From: a virus
Lineage: Duplodnaviria; Heunggongvirae; Uroviricota; Caudoviricetes
Direction: 5' to 3' (one strand)
DNA: 6,604 nucleotides
IMG/VR virus record: IMGVR_UViG_2917849834_000003
The position numbers and the translations under genes are program-made. How positions within the stretch are numbered: the stretch's first letter is position 1; every line of letters begins with the position of its first letter. Of this stretch, positions 1 through 5,410 are shown piece after piece. The notes beneath the pieces are model-generated. The model saw nothing but the letters and a program-made list of their open reading frames with translations, searched no databases and was not told the DNA's origin.

Positions 1-1305
1 CTATGCTTGTTTAATTACATCCGATCCCACAGCGTGGGGCATGGATGGGGCAAACTCACTCAATTTCTGGTTTAAAATGGATACCTGATCCTGATTGTTT
101 TCTGCCATCCACGATCCGTAAAAGCGATAAACCATCTGAGCATCAGAGTGTCCCATTTGCTTCGCGATGAAGTTAGGGTTAGCTCCAGCGGTCAAAGACC
201 AACATGCATAAGTGTGCCTGGACTGATATGCTTTGCGGTAGCGAATCCCGGCGCGTCGCATTGCAGTTTCCCATGACTGATTAATCGACCCAACTGCATA
301 ATGGTACCCGGCAAGGCCATTACGCGTAACGATTTGCGGATTGAAAACAAAAGTGCACGGATGCATTTCAGTTCGACCATACTCACGAAGTTTCACTTCA
401 ACCTGATACTGCTTACCAAGCCGTGTCATTTCAGCCTGATTCTTAAGCACGTCTATTGCTGGTTGAATTAGGTTGATAACACGGTTTGTTCCCGCTTCGG
501 TTTTAGGAAGAGTGAACTCTTTCGTTAATGTGTGGTTTCTTCTGATCGTCATTGTCCCTGCCTTCAGGTCTATATCTTCCCATGCCAGAGAAACCAACTC
601 CCCGTGGCGAACTCCTGTATAAACAGCCAGTGACCACATATTTTTTAATTGCTGATGCTTAAATGCGTTAATCAACCTGACAAACTCATCACGGGTTAAC
701 GGATCAGGTTCCGTTCGTGATCTCTTCAGTTGCGAAATGGCTGCGAACGGATTTTCTTTGATGTATCCGCTGTCGGCTGCGAATTGAAACATCCCCGCCA
801 TGGTGTTCATGTAGTTATTAACAGTTGGCACGGAACGTCCCTTAATGGGTGTTTTTTGCCCACGTTTCAGAACATGATATCCGGTCAGCAAATCCTTTCG
901 TATGAACAGCAGTTCTTCCTGAGTCACAGCAGATGCAAGTCTGTTGCCTCCGATTCGGGGAACCATATTTCTTACAATGGAGCTGTAACGCCCCATCGCA
1001 TTGGTACTGATTTCCAGCTTTTTCAGATCCAGCCATTTCTCAGCCAGGTCTGCGACGGTAATTTCCTTACTTTCCGCACCAAATTTTCTCAGGTTGGGAG
1101 AGTCCGGAAACTGAGCGGCATAGTCGAAATTACCCGTCTTAATGGAAAAACAAACAGACGCTCGTAGCTCGCCAGCTATTTTCCTGTTTTTTGGTGTATC
1201 CGGCACACCGAGACTTTCCCGTACTCGTGTGCCTTTATACATGAACCATATGCGGAGTGATCCGCCATGGTTCTCAACGCCTGTTGGGTATGCTGTCTTA
1301 GCCAT
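1..1305 (-). CDS. int: Phage tyrosine integrase (site-specific recombinase), lambdoid Rac/e14-like type with N-terminal arm-binding domain
   Basis: Complete 434-aa ORF, ATG at 1305..1303 preceded by AGGAGG with 5-nt spacing, stop at 3..1. The N-terminus (PTGVE..GGSLRIWFMYKG.RVRESLG) resembles the arm-DNA-binding domain of lambdoid prophage integrases as I recall them. Catalytic signature blocks are present: VRHGEL..LAWEDIDL (Arg), SRHTYA (Arg-His), MGHSDAQMVYRFY (His and the Tyr nucleophile). Confidence 0.9.
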   Translation of the reverse strand: MAKTAYPTGVENHGGSLRIWFMYKGTRVRESLGVPDTPKNRKIAGELRASVCFSIKTGNFDYAAQFPDSPNLRKFGAESKEITVADLAEKWLDLKKLEISTNAMGRYSSIVRNMVPRIGGNRLASAVTQEELLFIRKDLLTGYHVLKRGQKTPIKGRSVPTVNNYMNTMAGMFQFAADSGYIKENPFAAISQLKRSRTEPDPLTRDEFVRLINAFKHQQLKNMWSLAVYTGVRHGELVSLAWEDIDLKAGTMTIRRNHTLTKEFTLPKTEAGTNRVINLIQPAIDVLKNQAEMTRLGKQYQVEVKLREYGRTEMHPCTFVFNPQIVTRNGLAGYHYAVGSINQSWETAMRRAGIRYRKAYQSRHTYACWSLTAGANPNFIAKQMGHSDAQMVYRFYGSWMAENNQDQVSILNQKLSEFAPSMPHAVGSDVIKQA

Positions 1306-1350
1306 TGTTCCCTCCTGACGCCCAAGAGCGCATTAAGCATAAACGGTTCT

Positions 1351-1596
1351 TCATCGACGCGCACCAGGCTGTTTTTTTGACATACTTTCAACCCACTGGT
1401 CGATAGCCTTGCGGTTATACATGCATTCGCTGTTTTCTTTTGGAATACCGTCCGGTGCAACATGGAGATATTCACGACCGACAAGCCAGGATTGTTTACG
1501 TGCTCTCTCAATGGTTCCTGGGCGTAAACCTGTAATTTCGATCAGTTTTTGCTCTGTCACCCAGTCGTTGGGCACAATTAAGTTAACTTCGCTCAT
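1351..1596 (-). CDS. xis: Excisionase-like protein (Xis / recombination directionality factor)
   Basis: Small ORF immediately upstream of int on the same strand, the canonical xis-int arrangement. The MSEVNLIVPNDWVTEQKLIEITGL..ECMYNRKAIDQWV pattern resembles lambdoid prophage excisionase-like proteins. I prefer the ATG at 1596..1594 (GGAG about 7 nt upstream) over the longer ORF start at 1644, which has no obvious SD and would read through a C9 tract. Confidence 0.75.
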   Translation of the reverse strand: MSEVNLIVPNDWVTEQKLIEITGLRPGTIERARKQSWLVGREYLHVAPDGIPKENSECMYNRKAIDQWVESMSKKQPGARR

Positions 1597-1621
1597 TGTT
1601 TTCTCCGGTGCTGGAATGAAA

Positions 1622-1630
1622 GGGGGGGGG
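1622..1630. repeat. G9/C9 homopolymeric tract in the xis leader
   Basis: Nine consecutive G on the plus strand (1622..1630), about 26 nt upstream of the preferred xis start. In the alternative longer reading frame it would encode PPP. Confidence 0.8.
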
Positions 1631-1671
1631 TTAACATGCCTCATTGGGTTTGAGGCTGTGTGATTCCATGG

Positions 1672-2016
1672 TTAGTCCTTGCGTAGCTCGCTGATTCTTC
1701 TGTAAGTCTCTGGTGCTTTGTTTCCGTGTATCTTCATTTCAGACTTCAACAGAGCAACGAGGGAATCCCATTCGTTGAGGATGCCTTTGAATGCCGGAAC
1801 GCGCTTTGCAACCTTGTCGAATGAATCTCTGATTTCTGGAATCTGCTCAACAAGTGCAACGCATCGTCGGAAATCGGCTGCGTCATGTGGAGCGCCGAAG
1901 TGATGACCATAGATATTCTTTTTCAGTCCACATGCGATTGAGGCAAGAGTTGCGCTACTGATGCCGACATCGCCAGTTGATTGCCATTTCAAAATCTTCA
2001 TAGCCAAATCTGACAT
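1672..2016 (-). CDS. Hypothetical prophage early-region protein (114 aa from the preferred start)
   Basis: ORF on the minus strand; the ATG at 2016..2014 has GGAGA 6-7 nt upstream. The longer ORF start at 2043 has no SD and would overlap the upstream terminator hairpin. No family recognised. Confidence 0.6.
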   Translation of the reverse strand: MSDLAMKILKWQSTGDVGISSATLASIACGLKKNIYGHHFGAPHDAADFRRCVALVEQIPEIRDSFDKVAKRVPAFKGILNEWDSLVALLKSEMKIHGNKAPETYRRISELRKD

Positions 2017-2030
2017 TTCTTGTCTCCAAT

Positions 2031-2051
2031 AAAAAACCGCCATCAGGCGGC
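2031..2051 (-). terminator. Putative rho-independent terminator (short GC stem plus U6 tract on the minus-strand transcript)
   Basis: Plus-strand AAAAAACCGCCATCAGGCGG: on the minus-strand RNA this is a CCGCC/GGCGG stem with a 4-nt loop followed by UUUUUUAUU. It sits between the stop of the 2094..2393 gene and the start at 2016. Confidence 0.45.
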
Positions 2052-2093
2052 TTGGTGTTCTTTCGGTTCTTCAATTCGAATATTGATTACGTC

Positions 2094-2393
2094 TTATTCG
2101 ATGCGTACTCCTGGTATTTCGCCTTTTGATATTGCTAAGTCATAAATTTGCGCGGCACTATACCCATCTCGCATCCATGAATCCAAGGCGCGAACAGCCT
2201 CGCTACGCTTTTTATCTTCTCTCTCATTTTTGATATCAACGAGGACATCAACGCAATTAAGGCAAATGTGGATTTTGTCCTTACATTCGATCATGGCGGC
2301 TTTACCATGATTTCCGCCACACAGTGAGCATAAATCTTCAGGGTCCGGCTGGTATTTCTGTAACGTTAGATGGTTGAATGTTGAACAGACCAT
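2094..2393 (-). CDS. Hypothetical small Cys-rich protein (CxxC...CxxC, possible zinc ribbon)
   Basis: ORF with three in-frame ATGs; the one at 2393..2391 has GGAG with 6-nt spacing. Two CxxC pairs (CSLCGG and CLNC) suggest a zinc-binding fold. No family recognised. Confidence 0.55.
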   Translation of the reverse strand: MVCSTFNHLTLQKYQPDPEDLCSLCGGNHGKAAMIECKDKIHICLNCVDVLVDIKNEREDKKRSEAVRALDSWMRDGYSAAQIYDLAISKGEIPGVRIE

Positions 2394-2403
2394 AATCATC
2401 TCC

Positions 2404-2430
2404 ATAAAACAAAACTCGCCGTAGCGAGTT
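2404..2430 (-). terminator. Putative rho-independent terminator after the 142-aa gene
   Basis: Plus-strand AACTCGC-CGTA-GCGAGTT (2413..2430): on the minus-strand RNA a 7-bp stem and 4-nt loop followed by UUGUUUUAU. It lies between the stop at 2476 and the next gene. Confidence 0.5.
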
Positions 2431-2475
2431 CAGATATAATTTCCACCAAAGGCAGTAGTTGCTTGATGCTAAGAA

Positions 2476-2904
2476 TTATTTAATATCTATTCCTGTAATA
2501 TCTTTTATCTTTTTCCTTGCCAAGCCTTTTGCTAGTGATTTTGAAACACTCATAAGTGTACTAATTCCCTCATCCTTAAAGTTTGTTTTTATAGCTTGCC
2601 AGACATCCTTTTGACGTAAGTCAGCAATAAAATCATGCCCTCTTGCTGTCAACCTTAGTGGTACTTCGATCCAACTATATCCAACACCTTCCCCTAACGC
2701 TTTGGACATTATATGACCGAACCCAGGTTTTCCATCAACCCTGACTATTAATTCGTAGTCACATAATAATCGCATATGGAAAATAAAATTTTGGTCATAT
2801 CTATTAAAGCCATTATCCTCTAGTTCACTAAGCATCGTGTCAGGGCCATGAGTTTTTTCGAATGCGATAAGTAGATCTTTTAGATATTGCTGGTCTAATT
2901 TCAT
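2476..2904 (-). CDS. Hypothetical protein, AT-rich moron-like gene (142 aa)
   Basis: ATG at 2904..2902 with GGAGG at 5-nt spacing. Composition is visibly much more AT-rich than the flanking genes. It has its own downstream terminator and a candidate -10 (TATAAAT at about 2931..2938 on the minus strand) plus a palindrome upstream. I faintly recall a phage DUF family with this N-terminal pattern but cannot confirm it. Confidence 0.6.
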   Translation of the reverse strand: MKLDQQYLKDLLIAFEKTHGPDTMLSELEDNGFNRYDQNFIFHMRLLCDYELIVRVDGKPGFGHIMSKALGEGVGYSWIEVPLRLTARGHDFIADLRQKDVWQAIKTNFKDEGISTLMSVSKSLAKGLARKKIKDITGIDIK

Positions 2905-2914
2905 TGCCGCCTCC

Positions 2915-2926
2915 GTGACATGTCAC
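2915..2926. promoter_or_regulatory. Perfect 12-bp palindrome GTGACATGTCAC, candidate operator between a putative -10 and the RBS of the 142-aa gene
   Basis: Exact dyad symmetry read directly from the sequence, located in the 28-bp gap between the 112-aa gene stop and the 142-aa gene start. Confidence 0.3.
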
Positions 2927-2932
2927 AGAGAT

Positions 2933-3271
2933 TTATATCATTAATGTTGTTTCGTGCCAGCCTTTGGTCACCCAGCATTGTGAGTCACCATTACACGGGC
3001 ATGAATTAACAGGAACTCTCTCGCCGCACTTACCGCAACGTTTTCTGCTGATCGATTTTATACGCCAGCGCACACGTGCATCATCCTGGCGGCTCAGTAA
3101 CGCGATGTACTCACCAAACTCGTAAGGCGCACGCCTGAAGCGACGCGTGGCACAGTCACGCTCCAGCATTTCAATTTCCTGAGCATCAAGTACAAGCTCC
3201 AGCTTACGCATACCGGATGATGCTTGCTTGGCTCTCTGATCGGCTTTGCGCTCTGCTGCTGATTTAGCCAT
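2933..3271 (-). CDS. Hypothetical small protein with a possible N-terminal ribbon-helix-helix-like segment and a C-terminal Cys cluster (CGKCG...CPC)
   Basis: ATG at 3271..3269 with AGGAAA upstream. KLELVLDAQEIEMLERD looks like a beta-strand plus helix of an RHH-type DNA-binding motif (inference). The C-terminal CxxC...CxC suggests a zinc ribbon. The overlapping ORF 3094..3423 in another frame starts with TTG and is rejected. Confidence 0.5.
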   Translation of the reverse strand: MAKSAAERKADQRAKQASSGMRKLELVLDAQEIEMLERDCATRRFRRAPYEFGEYIALLSRQDDARVRWRIKSISRKRCGKCGERVPVNSCPCNGDSQCWVTKGWHETTLMI

Positions 3272-3443
3272 TCTGCTTTTCCTGCATCAGGAGAAAGACA
3301 ATCATGGCGGCGCGGATGCTTCCGGTATCTCTTTATGCGATATTCCTCCTCTATAGCACATACAAGCAGCGAACCATCAACTGGAGTGAGTGAGGAATCG
3401 ACCACAAGCAACGCCCCTTGCAATATGCCTTCGCGGTAATGGC

Positions 3444-3534
3444 TGTCACCCGCGGAACAATTTATCTGCTGGCTGTATGAAAAGCCAGCAATACAACTTT
3501 TGCTGACTTTCCACCGTTAACGCGACACAACCTT
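3444..3534. repeat. Left arm of a long imperfect inverted repeat flanking the 233-aa gene cassette
   Basis: 3501..3534 is the exact reverse complement of 4488..4521 (34 bp). 3444..3471 matches the reverse complement of 4518..4545 with one mismatch and one 1-nt indel. The left arm carries about 31 extra bp (3472..3500) between the two blocks. Confidence 0.8.
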
Positions 3535-3619
3535 TGTTCCTGAGCTTCGCGTTGCAGAGCCGGTAATCTCCGTCTCTTTAAATTAAAAAGACGGAGACTA
3601 TTAAAAACTCATTAAAACA

Positions 3620-4321
3620 TCAGGAAACAACAGATTCCCCGTAAAACGCTACAGCCTGTGCAGGCTGGGAGTCCATATCATCATGGAGATCTCTGGAGTA
3701 TGGGAGGGAGTTGACTGTCGATATAAATATCCTGTCATTTTCTAAAGTGAAAATTTCTGATTTGAGACTACCAATATCACTATGTACAGGATTAGTCCAC
3801 CCACTAAATAGTAAAAATCCCCATTCCTGAAAAAGCCCGGAATTCACTTCACGTTTTACATCATGAAACATTTCTCCCGTCAGTTCATCGAAATGGACAT
3901 TATTGATATCGCGTCGTGCCGGGACAGTCCCTTTTTTATCCTCAATCCAAAACCATGCATTGTCAAATCTGTCCGACGTTGCGGTACGAGGTTTAAAGAA
4001 GCGATGAGGTTTAATTAAATAAGATGACACAAATTTCCCTGTGGCTTTATCCTTCGCAAAAATAACAAATGTTTTACCAATGCAGCTTTCATCAATATCT
4101 TTTGAAAATGACACCACGCCGTCCTGATTTACAGTCAGCGAATTGTCTCCCGCATTGGTGGCAACACTCCAGTCCAACGTATTATTATTGACAACATCAT
4201 TGTCAACCACCATCTGAAATGTCGCACCTGGAAATAATGTTTTCGGGAATGAACCATTAGCCATGTCTTCTTTTATATCGAAAACATGGTGGCTCACTAG
4301 AACACCGGTAATTTTTGGCAT
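3620..4321 (-). CDS. Hypothetical orphan protein (233 aa), AT-rich moron flanked by inverted repeats
   Basis: ATG at 4321..4319 preceded by AAGGAG with 6-nt spacing. AT-rich composition. No signal peptide or catalytic motif recognised. The N-terminal ~90 aa has an alternating beta-strand-like pattern (FQMVVDNDVV...LTVNQDGVVSF...FVIFAKD) that could be an Ig-like beta-sandwich, which is inference only. Confidence 0.65.
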   Translation of the reverse strand: MPKITGVLVSHHVFDIKEDMANGSFPKTLFPGATFQMVVDNDVVNNNTLDWSVATNAGDNSLTVNQDGVVSFSKDIDESCIGKTFVIFAKDKATGKFVSSYLIKPHRFFKPRTATSDRFDNAWFWIEDKKGTVPARRDINNVHFDELTGEMFHDVKREVNSGLFQEWGFLLFSGWTNPVHSDIGSLKSEIFTLENDRIFISTVNSLPYSRDLHDDMDSQPAQAVAFYGESVVS

Positions 4322-4487
4322 AAAAAACTCCTTATTTGTTTAATTGAAATGCGATCAATAAATTCGATCGCCAGAGAGATATTATTACTTTTACAAGAAT
4401 AAATGTTGTTATTTGTTTATTATAAAACAATCATCACCCAGAAAAGAAAAAGATGCAGCTCGTTAACAAAAACCTTTGTGGCATATT
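4322..4487 (-). promoter_or_regulatory. AT-rich upstream region of the 233-aa gene with a candidate sigma70 -10 (TATAAT on the minus strand at about 4424..4419)
   Basis: Very AT-rich 160-bp stretch. A perfect TATAAT hexamer sits on the minus strand about 100 nt upstream of the start codon. The -35 is poor, so the promoter call is weak. Confidence 0.3.
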
Positions 4488-4545
4488 AAGGTTGTGTCGC
4501 GTTAACGGTGGAAAGTCAGCAGATAAAATTGTTCCGTGGGTGACA
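4488..4545. repeat. Right arm of the inverted repeat flanking the 233-aa gene cassette
   Basis: Reverse complement of 3444..3471 plus 3501..3534 (see left arm). The arms sit about 950 bp apart and enclose the 233-aa gene and its promoter region. Confidence 0.8.
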
Positions 4546-4593
4546 ATCCATCACCCTGAGGATGCTGATATTGCCCCTTGCGCATCATGTGGA

Positions 4594-4804
4594 TTAATTC
4601 AACGCCGGCCAGTATCGTAGCCGTTCCATGAAATAGGTGTGCAAGTTCTCCGGTTGCTCACGGGCTACCTGTTCTGCAATTACCGGTATATTCATCCGCT
4701 CTTTGTAGGCAACGCCGCTGGCGGCCAGGTCAGCGTGATAATTCAGATTCGTGCGGGTAGAAAGCGGACATGACGCCGCTACCCGCGAGCTGAAAGTGCA
4801 TCAT
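4594..4804 (-). pseudogene. Probable frameshift-disrupted small gene (about 70 codons if restored)
   Basis: The minus strand reads AAGGAG-TTACCC-ATGATG (a perfect SD with 6-nt spacing), then an ORF of only 24 codons ([24 protein letters not shown]). A second frame is open across the same region and continues to a stop at 4596..4594 (..[48 protein letters not shown]). The span is 211 nt, which is 3n+1, and the region is GC-rich and coding-like. Confidence 0.35.
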
Positions 4805-4887
4805 GGGTAACTCCTTATATTTGATTGCATAACGAAAATGCCTCTCGTGAAGCATTATTGGTATGCGGTAAAGCCGCGCTCAGGCGG

Positions 4888-5136
4888 CTACTCTATTTCT
4901 TCTTCGAATGATTTTATTAGTCGGTCAATAACATCATCTGTTTCAATATCATTTCCGTCCGATTGCTTTAATACGTCTATTGATTCTGCTGCGGTAAATT
5001 CCATCGCTGTGAGAAACTCGACAATTGCACACTCAACGACATATCGTTCTTCATCTGTACGACATGAGATAAAAGAGCATTTAATTGCTGTTATTACTTT
5101 TTGTTTAAGCTCTGCAGGATAATCAGTTTTTATCAT
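4888..5136 (-). CDS. Hypothetical small acidic protein (82 aa)
   Basis: ATG at 5136..5134 with GGAG at 6-nt spacing. The product is strongly acidic, especially the C-terminus (DGNDIETDDVIDRLIKSFEEEIE). A GC hairpin overlaps the stop codon (4873..4888). No family recognised. Confidence 0.55.
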   Translation of the reverse strand: MIKTDYPAELKQKVITAIKCSFISCRTDEERYVVECAIVEFLTAMEFTAAESIDVLKQSDGNDIETDDVIDRLIKSFEEEIE

Positions 5137-5149
5137 CGTTCACTCCGTC

Positions 5150-5178
5150 AAAAAAATTGCCCTCACATTGGAGGGCAA
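5150..5178 (-). terminator. Rho-independent terminator (8-bp stem, 6-nt loop, U7 tract on the minus-strand transcript)
   Basis: Plus-strand AAAAAAA-TTGCCCTC-ACATTG-GAGGGCAA: on the minus-strand RNA the hairpin is followed directly by UUUUUUU. It lies between the IS end and the 82-aa gene, immediately upstream of that gene's RBS. Confidence 0.6.
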
Positions 5179-5316
5179 AGAAGATTTCCAATAATCAGAA
5201 CAAGTCGGCTCCTGTTTAGTTACGAGCGACATTGCTCCGTGTATGCACTCGTTGGAATGAATACACAGTGCAGTGTTTATTCTGTTGTTTGCGTGAAAAT
5301 GAAACCCGCTAAAGCG

Positions 5317-5339
5317 CTGAGGAATCCCCAGTAATGGGC
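5317..5339. repeat. Putative left terminal inverted repeat of the IS10-like element
   Basis: Similarity to the IS10 terminal repeat as recalled. It cannot be confirmed against the right end, which is outside the window. Confidence 0.55.
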
Positions 5340-5410
5340 GGGTAAAAAAAGACAGGCATAGAGTTTTGTGATCTACTGATTTGTGCAACCAATTCAATGA
5401 GATCACTTCT

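Noticed and set aside
192-1036. Two 64-aa minus-strand ORFs (192..386 and 842..1036) inside the integrase in other frames
   Set aside because: Alternate-frame overlaps of a well-supported integrase CDS.
730-1167. 145-aa plus-strand ORF
   Set aside because: Lies entirely antisense within the integrase gene, has no RBS and a low-complexity product. Most likely a shadow ORF.
1176-1511. 111-aa minus-strand ORF spanning the int-xis junction
   Set aside because: Overlaps both int and xis in a different frame and has no independent support.
1409-1663. 84-aa plus-strand ORF
   Set aside because: Antisense to xis and its leader. Shadow ORF.
1718-1903. 61-aa plus-strand ORF
   Set aside because: Antisense within the 1672..2016 gene. 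Shadow ORF.
3094-3423. 109-aa minus-strand ORF
   Set aside because: Starts with TTG, has no SD and overlaps the 112-aa gene (2933..3271) in another frame. The 112-aa frame has an ATG, an RBS and a Cys-cluster motif, so it is preferred.
3567-3597. Hairpin (9-bp stem, 13-nt AT-rich loop) downstream of the 233-aa gene
   Set aside because: Not followed by a U-tract on either strand, so it is not called as an intrinsic terminator. It may still be structural.
3444-4545. Retron or integron interpretation of the inverted-repeat cassette
   Set aside because: No reverse transcriptase or integron integrase is encoded within or beside the repeats, and the enclosed ORF has no such motifs.
4838-5122. 94-aa plus-strand ORF
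   Set aside because: Antisense to the 82-aa gene, with a Ser-rich low-complexity product. Shadow ORF.
5101-5334. 77-aa plus-strand ORF
   Set aside because: Runs through the terminator hairpin and across the IS terminal repeat, with no RBS. Unlikely to be real.
5140-5406. 88-aa minus-strand ORF
   Set aside because: Starts inside the IS element, crosses the IS boundary and contains the terminator hairpin within its frame. Not a plausible gene, though the part outside the IS could be a remnant of a disrupted gene.
5381-5410. TTG-initiated N-terminal extension of the transposase
   Set aside because: The ORF track begins at a TTG. The first ATG at 5411 gives an N-terminal length matching IS10-type transposases, so it is preferred.
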